Source of the DNA: Paramoeba atlantica
Lineage: Eukaryota > Protista > Discosea
Assembly: GCA_977017575.1 (NCBI GenBank)
Contig: CDRNVI010000059.1
Coordinates: forward strand, 124,001-188,000
Length of the DNA: 64,000 nucleotides
Direction: 5' to 3'
Notes under the pieces: model-generated
Database searches by the model: none
Seen by the model: the letters and a program-made list of their open reading frames with translations, nothing else
Told to the model about the DNA's origin: nothing
In this document: positions 1-13,042 of the stretch, piece by piece
How the letters are laid out: each line of letters starts with the position of its first letter
Position numbering within the stretch: the stretch's first letter is position 1
Program-made: the position numbers and the translations under genes

Positions 1-192
1 GGGGTAGGGGGTCGCTCGAGTGAAAAGGACCTCGGATTCGGAACGATTAGGTCGAAAAACGGTGGTATACCAAATATTTCCAAAATCGGACAAAATACAA
101 GACCTGTAGGGGGGGGTAAAAGCAGGGGTCCCTAAAACTTTAAAAACTTCATTATAGTACTTTTATAGTACTATAAACTTTTAAATACTATA

Positions 193-1303
193 CAGGGCGG
201 TAAATCAGATGCTGCGGGGGGTCTAAAAATTGCAAAACCCTTCAAATTTTGGAAAATGATAGCGCATTCGAGAGCTCTCGCAGAGTTCTATGTTTTTGCG
301 CTATTTTCACCCCAAAAGAAAGCAATTTTGTTTATGACATTTTTTTAAAGTTTTTTTGCCCCTCTAAAATTTGCAGTTTTTCCCAAATTTGCTCATTTTT
401 TCGTTTTTTCTCCATTTCGTCTCAGTTTTATGCCGCGAAAGCGATCCCGTTCTATGCAGAACAAAGGATCTCTCTCCGATAGGGCGTACTCCTCCCCTGG
501 GCACACCAAATATTCACATAGGAAAAAAATTCACTTGCCAGCTTGGACAGGAAAGCCGCTCGTACATTTGCAGAGCAAGTGACCCCCCGAAACCACCTCT
601 AAAAGCTTCGCAAAAGTGATTTGCGGGGGATGGAGTGAACGTTTGGATGGGTATAAGCTTTATTTATGGAATTTTTTATCATGTTCCAAACAGGGACAGT
701 AATGGGAAAATTACCATCACTTCAGATGTTTTTAAATGCGCGATGACAAAAAGAGGGGGTTTTTTAAGTTTCTTAAAGCGTCATAGCGGGGCCCGGGTTG
801 CTATGGATAATGCTCCTTGCCACAATGGCAGTTTTAGAACCTTTAAAGAAAACGAAGTCGTTGTTTTGGACTTTCCCCCAAAATCCCCAGATCTTAACCC
901 CATTGAAAACATTTGGGAAATTATGGATGCCTTTATTAAAAATGGTACTAATCCAGAAAATAGGACTGAACTCTTCTTTTCTATTGAAAGAGCGGTTGAT
1001 TACATTAAAACAGATGGCCATGACATGCTCATTAACACTTTAAACAGCATGCCGCGGCGTTTCGACATAGTAGTAGAAAAAAAGGAGAAAGTTGTAATTA
1101 TTAGTCGTCTAAAACCTTTCTCACAATTTTTGCATTTTGACGTTTTTGGGCTTCTTGTCAGTTGAACACCCCCCTATACCCCGGGAAACTGCCTTTTCTA
1201 AAACATAGAACTCTTCGAGAGCTCTCGAATACGCTATCATTTTCCAAAATTGGAAAGGTTTTGCAATGTTTAGACCCCCCGCAGCATCTGATTTACCCCC
1301 CTG
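193..1303 (+). mobile_element. Internally deleted Tc1/mariner element
   Basis: About 104-bp TIRs (CAGGG..GGTAAATCAGATGCTGCGGGGGGTC...) flanked by TA at 191-192 and 1304-1305. ORF 635-1165 has the DDE C-half motifs VWMG, MDNAPCH, PPKSPDLNPIENIW and SMPRR. N-terminal part is degraded and frameshifted. Confidence 0.9.
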
Positions 1304-1520
1304 TATATAAAACTTTATTTTTTTTGTTTCTCAGAAATCCAAAATAAGCGACGAAACGCATAACTTCGAATGCCAGGTCTGCGAAGTAGGCGCGAAGAAC
1401 CCCTTTTTTTTGCGAAAATTCGAGTGTCCTACTCCTCGGCCCTCACGCACTTGAAAAACAACCTAAATTATGAGTAGTGGTTGCAAAATAACCTAAATTA
1501 TGAGTAGTGGTTGCGAAATA

Positions 1521-1737
1521 CAGTGTAGAACTTTTTTACGGGACACCTTAATTAAGGGACACCCCATGTTTGGTCAAAAGTGTCACGTAATTAAGTGTCC
1601 CTTAGCTTTGACCTGTCAGATGATCTGTGAAATGTAGTGAGTCTCACTCAGTCCCAAGGCCCAAGTGTCCCTTAACTAAGTGCCCCGTAATTGAGTTGTC
1701 CCGTAATTAACGTGTCCCGCAATAAAATCCCGCACTG
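1521..1737. mobile_element. 217-bp MITE (Tc1/pogo-like ends)
   Basis: TA|CAGTG...CACTG|TA ends. Imperfect TIRs with repeated GGGACAC/GTGTCCC and TAATTAAG motifs. Confidence 0.7.
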
Positions 1738-2099
1738 TACTCAGCGTCAAAAAAGGAAAATGGGGCACCCCTCTGAGACTTCCATCTCAGAGAAGGTTTT
1801 TCAAACCCGGAACTGCGAGCCGAACGCCAGGCCCCCGAGATGAACACCCCTTACAACATCCAGTACCATTCAGGGATTATTCTTGATCCCCTTCTGGCCT
1901 CCTTTAAAAATAAAGTTTTTCAAACACTTTAAAGTATTTATAGTACTATAAATGGCATTTATAGAACTATAAGTTTTTTTGAAGTACTATAAACTATATA
2001 CATAAAGTTTTAGGGACCCCTGGGTAAAAGAGGCTGAACACCACTCTACGATATAATATCATTTTCGTGCCTTTTGTGTTATCTACTCTACACTCTGTC

Positions 2100-2171
2100 T
2101 GATGATTCTGCTTAACAAAGCACTTTATACTATGACATTCATGATAAACTTCGTCTTTCGCTCCTATCTGA
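2100..2171 (+). ncRNA. C/D box snoRNA, copy 1
   Basis: TGATGA (box C) at 2100 and CTGA (box D) at 2168-2171. GTCTTTCGCTCCTAT directly upstream of box D is complementary (one G-U pair) to the conserved LSU rRNA segment AUAGGGGCGAAAGAC. Confidence 0.75.
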
Positions 2172-2307
2172 TTTTTCTTTACATTTGCCGTGTTTGATAT
2201 TTAAAGATTTTATTCATTTATTTTCAAATGGGCTACAGTTTTACAATTGTTGTATATCTACTCTTTGAGTTTGTACACTCACTACTACGTTCCGTACTAC
2301 ATACTAT

Positions 2308-2379
2308 ATGATGATTCTGCCTAACAAAGCATTTTTATTATGAAACTCATGATACATTTTGTCTTTCGCTCCTATCTGA
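2308..2379 (+). ncRNA. C/D box snoRNA, copy 2
   Basis: ATGATGA at 2308, same guide GTCTTTCGCTCCTAT, CTGA at 2376-2379. Confidence 0.8.
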
Positions 2380-2496
2380 TTTTTTGGCCGTTGTTCTCAT
2401 CTCGATTTACACTTGTTTTTACTTACTATTTATTTGAGAGTATTCATCTCGGTTTTTGTGTTATCTATTATTAGGCTTTTTAGACTCAATACTACC

Positions 2497-2568
2497 TGAT
2501 AATTCTGCCTAATAAAGCATTTTTTTATTATGAACCTCATGATACGTTCGTCTTTCGCTCCTATCTGA
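2497..2568 (+). ncRNA. C/D box snoRNA, copy 3 (degenerate box C)
   Basis: TGATAA at 2497, identical guide, CTGA at 2565-2568. Confidence 0.62.
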
Positions 2569-2781
2569 TCACCCGCGTACATGTTCGTTCCTTTTTTTAC
2601 CAGTAACACTACAGTAACCCCACTAAGTGGGGTTTCGTCTTCACTAGATTTTTATCAACCTTATTCAGATTATCAATTCAGGTAGAATTAATGAATTTGG
2701 GAAAAGATCAAACGCTTGAATTCTATTTAGCATAAAACAAGACGTTTCCATTTTTGTCAAAAAGCAGTATTCTATGTGCCT

Positions 2782-4002
2782 ATGTTGAATCTCGATGATT
2801 TGAAAGCCAATTTAAGGCGGCGCATTGCAGTAGCCCCACGCCAATCTCTTTTTAATCTAAAATCAACAGGAAAACACCAAAAGCGATTACATACCGAGTC
2901 GGTACAGTCATCTGAAGGTCACGCGAAAAGATCAGTCAATGTTCATAAGACTCACCAAAATTTTCCATCGAGTTCTGTATCCGACAGTGTCACTTCTACC
3001 ACTCCTTCACAAGTCGAACTTCGCGTCAAAGAAGAGGAAATTAGTTCGCATGGAGATAGAGTGCGCACGTTTTTCCCTACAATGGACACGGAAGATATGC
3101 AGGGTGTTTCCTCTATTCATCCACCAAAGGAAGAAACCACCCCCCCGTGTGTGCAACTCTTACGATCCGAAGAATTATCCGACGGTGAATCTTCCTCCTC
3201 TGACGAAAATATTCTATCTGATACGGACATGGAGATCGTGCGGCGCCACAACACGTGGGTACAATCCCAACAACAACTTTCGCATTCTCAGTCCTCCTCG
3301 CATTCGCCTCTTTATCCCTCCTCTCATCCCAACTCACAGAACACGCCCTTGGAACTTAGTAGTATGAACCCAGGAGCTGTACATTATGATACTGACACCA
3401 TCGCACCCTATTTAACGACGGCCAAGACGTCAACCTCCCCTCCCTGCTCCCTTGTGGAGTGGGAAAACGAGGATGAGGAAGATGAGGCCATGCTCGGTGA
3501 GATGAGCCGCAGCCAGTCGTTTTCTACACAATATTCTGCGTATTTAGGTACGGTTCAAAGTCACCGTGGGTCATCTGCTCTTGATCCAATCTCCTCTGCT
3601 GCAGCAGCATCGGTTACCGATATGATTCGCCCCATAAGTACAACTCGGGCAGAGTTAAAACCAGTAAAACGTAAACCTCTGGTGGGACTTAACCCGAAGG
3701 CTCGGGATAAGCTTGATGTGATCAAGCGCATGACCTCATTCGATACGGTTAAGGCAGGGGCGGTTGTATTTTCCACAAAGAAAACCGTTTCGCAGACAAA
3801 GACAACAAAAGATATGAAAACCCGTCAGAGCAACACGGAATCCCTGGTCGTGAGTTCCAAAATGGATGGGACCGTAGCGGCAAGCTACGAGCACGTGCGC
3901 AACACAACGCAGGGGGGTAGCCAGCCGCCTTCCGCGAATGATCTTAGTCAACAAGCCCTTTTGGATGCCTTTTCGGCAGTTCCAGAGAGGTTGAATCAGT
4001 AG
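2782..4002 (+). CDS. Hypothetical Ser/Thr-rich, likely disordered protein
   Basis: About 406-codon open frame on the cluster strand, low complexity, no recognisable domain. Confidence 0.6.
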   Translation: MLNLDDLKANLRRRIAVAPRQSLFNLKSTGKHQKRLHTESVQSSEGHAKRSVNVHKTHQNFPSSSVSDSVTSTTPSQVELRVKEEEISSHGDRVRTFFPTMDTEDMQGVSSIHPPKEETTPPCVQLLRSEELSDGESSSSDENILSDTDMEIVRRHNTWVQSQQQLSHSQSSSHSPLYPSSHPNSQNTPLELSSMNPGAVHYDTDTIAPYLTTAKTSTSPPCSLVEWENEDEEDEAMLGEMSRSQSFSTQYSAYLGTVQSHRGSSALDPISSAAAASVTDMIRPISTTRAELKPVKRKPLVGLNPKARDKLDVIKRMTSFDTVKAGAVVFSTKKTVSQTKTTKDMKTRQSNTESLVVSSKMDGTVAASYEHVRNTTQGGSQPPSANDLSQQALLDAFSAVPERLNQ

Positions 4003-4303
4003 ATTTCGCACGCCTTTCAGATAGTTTCGCACGTCTGAAGTGTGTGTACATAGTGGGCCATCAAGATATGCGAATCAGTGCGTAGTAAACTGCCAAGATG
4101 TCATGATTCTTACGGTGCCAACGCTACGGTGAGTGATGTATACTTCGAAGCTGTACAAATGGCATCGTAGCTTCCTAAACATACTCTATACACAATGTAA
4201 ATATTATTCTTGTAAGACATTTTGCTCAGAGATGACCTTCATAAACCTTATTTTTTATCTGAAAGAAAATTCAACTCTACGTGACATACTTATCCGCTTT
4301 CTC

Positions 4304-4789
4304 ATGAGCTTTGCCACCGCCTTATCTAGTTCGATACGTTCGAGCCGATGGGCTCACTGGTTCTACGCCCGGTGCGGTCGATGTCAAGAGCCGCAGCGCT
4401 TCGGGGTAGGTTACACTCCATGCCCTGATGTTGTTGTTTTCCACCAATCAACACAGTGCAAGTACTACCACCGATTGCACGACATACACGCCGGTTCCAA
4501 CGGGCGAGGACATAACCTATGGGATCTTCGCAAATGTACCGCGTGCTCATCTTTGCATGGAGATTGGATCTACCTGGACGATATTCAATATTCGGATATT
4601 ATGACGGAACGAAGGCAGAGGAATGAGAAAAATCGCCTTGCCGAGGAAAATAAATCTGACAACGCACACTCCTCCTCTCATTGCACAAAGCACCCGAGTC
4701 ATAAAACAATTGATCGGGCGAAAAATTTACAGAAGATGGAAAAACAATTAATGCGGCGTTATCCAATGAAACCGATTGTTGAAAACTGA
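4304..4789 (+). CDS. Small Cys/His-rich (putative Zn-binding) protein
   Basis: CxxC...C...C...H..H...H...CxxC..H pattern after an Arg/Ser-rich leader (MSFATALSSSIRSSRW). Start chosen at an internal ATG of ORF 4133-4789. Confidence 0.5.
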   Translation: MSFATALSSSIRSSRWAHWFYARCGRCQEPQRFGVGYTPCPDVVVFHQSTQCKYYHRLHDIHAGSNGRGHNLWDLRKCTACSSLHGDWIYLDDIQYSDIMTERRQRNEKNRLAEENKSDNAHSSSHCTKHPSHKTIDRAKNLQKMEKQLMRRYPMKPIVEN

Positions 4790-4814
4790 GTGGTACGATC
4801 CACATCGTTCATGT

Positions 4815-5600
4815 ACCGTTACCCCCCCTTACTTATCCCGCATTTTGACCCCAAAATCAGTGATTTTGTAATAAGTAACGTACTTGGATAAGTAGCGTAC
4901 CTGGATAAGTAGCGTACCTGAAAAATATTTCGACCTCAGCAAAGGAAACATGGGACGTTATCGGAATCCATTAGAGCGACGTGGAATCCGTTAGAGGAGC
5001 GAATAAACAGGACATCAACCTCTCGCTCACGAAGGAAGGAAAGAATTTCGATGAGCAGCATAGAGGTCAACCACCATCAAAGTTTGTCGTGGATGATAGC
5101 GCGCATGGTCTAAGAACTCTATTTGAAGCCATGTCAGAAGAAGGCCACCTTTTATCCACCCCGATGAAGTTGTTGTGGCAGTACGATGGTACTTTGCAGC
5201 TGCCGCGCTGAGTTCCCGAGAGATGGGGACTGTGGAGGACCTCGCCTGCCAGATGAGATGGGGGGCAACATTGTGTGGTCCCAAACGCCACCTCCGGTCT
5301 CATTAGCCGTGAGGATGACAGAGTTCCTCTGCGATCGACGTTCATCAGAGTCATCATCTCGAGAAAGTTTCGGACCCGCGCATCAGCATCTGTCTGAACG
5401 AGTTGAGTGCAACCGCTCATATGGCGGCGACAAACGTTCGCAAATCGACAAAAGCGCTGCCAGAACTTTTGCTTCTCATTCTCTGTTAGTTGGCTAAAAT
5501 GGTCAAATGTCCCAAAGTATTGGAACATCATGGATTTCGTGACCCACGACAAGGGCGCCACGCAAGACCGCAATCACGCGATAACCCTGAGTGTATAATT
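4815..5600 (-). mobile_element. Degenerate pogo-like transposase remnant
   Basis: Minus-strand frames give FWQRFCRF..RR..T.LVQ (CENP-B-like HTH), MNVD.R (NMDET-like) and LLTWLQ..F.....QTLMVVDLYAAHR (DDE_1-like). TACCGT-type end at about 4813. Confidence 0.6.
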
Positions 5601-5771
5601 CCTGATTCTGAAGCAGAATACATGTAGATGTATTCCATAGGAGAGTCTGCAGATGGGCTAGGTTGGGGTTCAAAAAAACCTACACGAACCTACACGAATT
5701 CGCACAAACTTACACAGAACCCCTTTTTTTCCGATTTCTAGTAGTTTTACCGTAGTTCATTTTTAAAAAAA

Positions 5772-5886
5772 TTCTTTTTTAGGCTCTTCGTTAAACGCGG
5801 TGATTGTTTTCAACTTAGAAGTCACTCATGCTGCGAGCTTCGCGTTGAAAACTACCTCCGCGTTTAACGAAGAGCCTAAAAAAGAA
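5772..5886. repeat. 29-bp perfect inverted repeat (fold-back/MITE core)
   Basis: TTCTTTTTTAGGCTCTTCGTTAAACGCGG (5772-5800) and its reverse complement (5858-5886), with inner GTTTTCAAC/GTTGAAAAC arms. Confidence 0.8.
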
Positions 5887-6538
5887 AAATTGGTTACGAA
5901 AGCCGAAAAAAACGGAAGAATTTGAGCCAAAAATCGCCGATTTTTAAGTAAAAATGGGTGCGCTTTTGCGTATTTTTGCTCTGAGGGCGCTAAATTCGAT
6001 ATTTTCTTGTGGGAACGACCATTACCATCATAAGGATTATTAGACTAATACTAGGATAAATTAGACAATACTAATTTAGTATTGTGCCTAAGAGGGTTTT
6101 TTCTTTCAGTTGTTATTATTTCGGCTGTTATTCAACTTATCATTCAAGTGACGTGTTTTAACTGAACCACTGTCCAGGTTAATATTCCTATACCCTCGTA
6201 TTATTCCTACCAGGAATATTAAGTGTCCCAATGTTGCTTAATATTCCTACCCTCCTCTCCCAGACACCGACCCTGTCTTTACTTGAGATCCACACAACTT
6301 TTTTTTCAATAATCGAGGGTAGAGCGGTAATTATACAACCACCGCAATAATATCGTAACTAAATATACCACTTTACCTAAGTTGCCAAATATAAAAGAGC
6401 GAAGATGGTTGAACACATACAAGTGCACTACAGATTCCTTTATGCTCGGGCCCAATTTTCCGCCTTTTTCAAACAAGAAATTTCTAAGATAAGCTACGAA
6501 TTTTGTTATTTATTCATTTTATATTAGTCTACATATTG

Positions 6539-7321
6539 ATGATTTTCGCCGTGAGTAGCGCATTATTTTACACGCTAGGTCACCGCTTCTCTTGTAAGGA
6601 TGTCAGCGACATAATCCGACGTCCGGCTAAGGTATCTTCTTCGATACTTCCCGCCGAACATGATTTGATGCGCCTTATTCAAGGTGTAAAAAATCCCGAT
6701 TCCTCGTGGACTCCGGACACTCCTGCCTGCGATTGGGTCGGTGTCAGTTGCAACCATGCAGAAAAGGTGCGTGCAATACGCTGGGAATGGATGCAAAGTT
6801 TATATGGAACTCTGTCCCTGCGCTATTTACCGGTATCGCTTGTATCATTTTCAGTGGACCGAACGTTTAATTTGGCACATGAAAATAAAATTAGTGGGGA
6901 AATCGAATTAACGAGCCTTCCAGCAGGTTTGACTGACTTCAACCTCAGCGAAAACCGATTTAATGGTAGTGTAGATCTTACCTCCTTGCCTGAAAATCTA
7001 ACACACTTGTATTTGAATGGCAATGACTTATGCGGAGAGGTTTGTCTGGATTATTTGCCCTTGAAATTGCAACATCTTAGCCTAAGTAAGAATCATTTTA
7101 CCGGAACGCCCATTTTAACCAAGCTACCTCCCGCATTGGTATCTCTCGGCTTGTCGCAGAACCAATTCGAGGGTCATATCAATTTGGACGCTCTGCCTTT
7201 AAGCTTAAAACATTTATGGCTAGATGAGAATAAGGAGCTCTCAGGAACCTATAGTCTTAATATGCTTCCTAAGTGCATAAGTCTAACATGCACCTCAACC
7301 GGCCTCTCAAGGTGGAATTAG
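6539..7321 (+). CDS. LRR family protein 1 (LRRNT-like cap + 23-aa LRRs)
   Basis: RRPAKV..ILPAEHDL, SW...PACDWVGVSC cap, repeats LPxxLxxLxLxxNxFxGxVDL. Confidence 0.9.
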   Translation: MIFAVSSALFYTLGHRFSCKDVSDIIRRPAKVSSSILPAEHDLMRLIQGVKNPDSSWTPDTPACDWVGVSCNHAEKVRAIRWEWMQSLYGTLSLRYLPVSLVSFSVDRTFNLAHENKISGEIELTSLPAGLTDFNLSENRFNGSVDLTSLPENLTHLYLNGNDLCGEVCLDYLPLKLQHLSLSKNHFTGTPILTKLPPALVSLGLSQNQFEGHINLDALPLSLKHLWLDENKELSGTYSLNMLPKCISLTCTSTGLSRWN

Positions 7322-7786
7322 CCCAAAGGAATTAACCGAATATAAAATGAGGGGCTGCGGGTGGATCGTCTGAATGTCTTGCCGCTCATGAAGAGTTAGT
7401 CTTCGATATTTAGGCATATAAACTGCGAGTTTCGATTAGAAAGAAAATCTACTAATTATGATAAAAAATGTACCTCTTGGTACACTGAGTATGACAATCT
7501 TATAAATTGTGGTACACTGCGTATGACAATTTGGTGCACTGACATTGACAATCCACCTGTCTTTTCCGTTATGGAAACATACGGAATATAGCTCGTCATT
7601 TCGAAATTTGTTCACGAATTAATATTTCACAATTTTTTATTTTAGGGTATCTTTATTTCAAAATTTTTTACGACCGCTGCACCCCATACACAGCAGTGGT
7701 GTAGAAACTCCATTTACAGCGCTTAGGCACTCAAAATCACATGATAGAAAGAATTGCGCGGCGAAGCAGCGTGCTTTTTTTTTTGA

Positions 7787-10300
<2,514 letters not shown>

Positions 10301-10643
10301 AGGGGGGAAGGTGAATAGGGTGGGGGGTCAAGTTAAATTTGTCTGTAAGGTGACAGGTGGGGCTGCGTACAGGTCGTTTATTCGTTGTTTTTGCTTCTTT
10401 TTTGGTTAGTAACGTTGGGGGTTAAGAAAGCGTATTTGAAAAATATGGGAAAGTATTCAATTTTTGGCACATCATGGTGGACGGTGTCGTAACGTGTGTG
10501 TAAATGATGACCACTGGATTTTGATTCGTGCACAAGTTGTACACCGTTGCACTCTAAGAGTGCAATGAAGAGTCTCTTCATTCATGAGTAAAGATCAGGT
10601 ATAAATACATTTGTTTACGTACTCTGTATCTGCCTCTAGTCAT

Positions 10644-11027
10644 ATGAAAGATGAATCTTCTTTTTGTAAAGAAGAAATCGCGGACAATATTTCGGAAATA
10701 GTTGGAACAACGCATTTATTATCTGAGGAAGCCGCGGAGCTATATGAGCTCACTCTTCAGCATTATGCCGAGGAAATACTTAGCTCTGCTATAAATAAGA
10801 TGCGGTCGGAGAGGAAGTCTTCGGGTACACAAACCCCAAAAGCAGTGCTTAACATACTAACGGACAATACTTTACGAGAAAATACGGATAAAGACTCCAC
10901 GACTGGTGTTGTACATGAGATGGAATGTACTCCTACGGCACAGGGCAAAGAATGCCTTACCATATCGCGCGAGGATGTTGTTCACTGTATTCGTACGTTC
11001 CAATCCAGTGCAGCAAAGACACGCTAA
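10644..11027 (+). CDS. Histone-fold protein (NF-YB/DR1/H4-like) with long L2 insertion
   Basis: LSEEAAELYELTLQHYAEEILSSAINKMRSERK aligns by eye with NF-YB [34 protein letters not shown]. After about 45 extra residues, TISREDVVHCIRTF matches TINGDDLLWAM / H4 TVTAMDVVYAL. Confidence 0.6.
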   Translation: MKDESSFCKEEIADNISEIVGTTHLLSEEAAELYELTLQHYAEEILSSAINKMRSERKSSGTQTPKAVLNILTDNTLRENTDKDSTTGVVHEMECTPTAQGKECLTISREDVVHCIRTFQSSAAKTR

Positions 11028-11505
11028 TGGTGCTCAATTCATGTTTTTAGCGTGAGAAATTGTATTCGATTATTTCTGATTGGCTTCTTTGCGTTGAACA
11101 TTGTAGGTACCGCTAGGGGCACGTTGCTGTTGTTGCTGGTAACTTACTAAAGTATTACTAACTTACGAAGTTCTCTTTTGTTCTGTTCTTCACATTACTG
11201 TTGTAAGGTACAGCACAGGCAGCTGTCGTACAGTTCCCTTCTGGACTCGATTCAATTATAGAATTCACGTCCAACGACTTCTACACTTCCAGTCTAGGGA
11301 GCAAGTGACTTTGTCCCTGTAACAAATTTCCAGGAAGATACTCGCAACCTCACTGACAAATACCCTGTTTTTTGTTGAATAGTGTCGATGTTCGCGTTTG
11401 ATGTACGTTATACCCTTTGTCTTAAAGACTACTATTGCATTCACCATACGATTCCATGTGTTTTTCGTTCTTTCGTCTAACTCTCCTTCCGAACCGATAC
11501 ATGTA

Positions 11506-11837
11506 AACCCCGTTCCGGGTTAAAGTACCTGTAGCTCGCTATTGTACCGGGGGGGTACAATAAGTGGAAACGCCTGGTTTTATTGTACCCGCAAAATTAT
11601 TTCGCCTTTTTACAGATTTTCTTTTTAAAATTGATTACAATTTTACCTTTTCTACCAGCGAAGACATGAAAATAGAGAAGCGCTGGCGGCGCGAAGCGGC
11701 GCCAAATTATTTTTTGCACTATTTCGATTATTTTTCGGAATTGTACTTGTAGCAAGTACTATTGTACTTGTAGCTACGTATTGTACCTGTAGCTAGTTAT
11801 TGTACCGGGGGGGGGTACATTAACCCGGACGGGGGGT
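11506..11837. mobile_element. TA-flanked MITE with internal direct repeats
   Basis: TA at 11504-5 and 11838-9. TIR AACCCC.G.CCGGGTTAAA. Internal about 35-bp direct repeat TACCTGTAGCT..TATTGTACCGGGGGGGTACA. Confidence 0.65.
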
Positions 11838-12403
11838 TATGTTGCGGACGGGTTTAAATATCGGCTACAACTTTACTATCAATCGAGTATTCGCGTGAGA
11901 AACCGTTTGCGAACGCTCTACCCGCGCTCGTATTATCAGTAGCCACAAAGTCTCCCAGCTTTGTATTTGTGAGCTTTTAAGTTGCGTGACCTCTGATATC
12001 TTCGTATCCCGAACCCGCCTGCTGCTCGAAAGGAAGTATACAAGCGACTTTCCGCTAAGCAAATATATTCATTCTTCTACTCAAATATTTCTTTGAAGTA
12101 AATCTCAGTTCTATGAAGTTCAAAACAACGCATCCTGACTCGATTTTCGCAGTTCTTTTGATAGAAATACGCATTCTGGAAAATCGAGGAGTAAAAAAAC
12201 TCCAACACTCTCACAACGAGTCGAAAATAGGTGTTCCGAAAATAATAAATGGGATTGTACGTTCGCAGCAAAAAGAATGAAGTACTTCTGCATAATACTA
12301 TTATAATAGTAATATTATTAATATTATTAATAGTAGTAGTATAATAGTATAATACTATTATAATAATAGTAAAAGGATTTAGTTCTTTGTTTGCGTTAAT
12401 TTC

Positions 12404-13042
12404 ATGTTTTCCTTGTTTTTCAAGACTGCAGACCTGGTGTCTCGACCAGCTAAAGTACGTGGCACTTTTTTGCCGCAAGAGTACATCTTATCACAATTTA
12501 TCAGCCATATTGTCACCTCTGAGGAATCTTGGACGGTGGAAACTTCAGCATGTGAATGGAAGTACGTAAAATGCAATTCTAAGAAAGAAGTCACTCATCT
12601 ATATTGGAGTTCGAGCATTTTTGATTCAGAGTGTCCCACGATCGAAGGCGAATTACTTTGGAAATTTATACCACACACGCTACTGTACCTTGGCACTTTC
12701 TGGCAATCCATAACAGGAACCGTGGAGCTATCATTACTCCCTCCACATATGGAAGAAATTCATGTCGGTTCCACAAAGTGCCATGGGAGTTTAGAACTCA
12801 CAAATTTGCCATCTACATTGAAGGTAATGGATTTACAGGAAAATAACTTGACCGGACAGATCGATCTGACGTCACTTCCCGCATTGATCCGCGAAATTAA
12901 CTTAAGCTTTAACTATCTCCGTGGGACCGTAGACCTTACCAAACTTCCAGAGAGCTTAAAGGAACTGGATTTGTCATATAATCGTTTTAAAGTATCTGAA
13001 TACGTACCAGACGTTGTGAATATTGAACATCAGGAGGTATAA
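12404..13042 (+). CDS. LRR family protein 2 (LRR-A)
   Basis: SRPAKVRGTFLPQEY motif, SW...ACEWKYVKC cap, about 5 LRRs. Confidence 0.9.
   Translation: MFSLFFKTADLVSRPAKVRGTFLPQEYILSQFISHIVTSEESWTVETSACEWKYVKCNSKKEVTHLYWSSSIFDSECPTIEGELLWKFIPHTLLYLGTFWQSITGTVELSLLPPHMEEIHVGSTKCHGSLELTNLPSTLKVMDLQENNLTGQIDLTSLPALIREINLSFNYLRGTVDLTKLPESLKELDLSYNRFKVSEYVPDVVNIEHQEV

Larger units (their letters stand above)
123..2022. mobile_element. Non-autonomous hAT-like element carrying nested insertions
   Basis: TIR CAGGGGTCCCTAAAACTTTA at 123 and its reverse complement ending at 2022. Perfect 8-bp TSD GGTAAAAG at 115-122 and 2023-2030. ACTATA/TATAGT subterminal repeats. An 8-bp TSD with CAG.. ends is typical of hAT. 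Confidence 0.85.

Noticed and set aside
2100-2570. CRISPR-like repeat-spacer array
   Set aside because: Only three units, with about 72-nt imperfect repeats and 115-135-nt spacers. Eukaryotic context, no cas genes. Box C/D and the rRNA guide explain it better.
2590-2650. Possible AGA-box H/ACA-like RNA (AACCCCAC-TAA-GTGGGGTT hairpin)
   Set aside because: The lower stem pairs poorly and no target pocket could be assigned.
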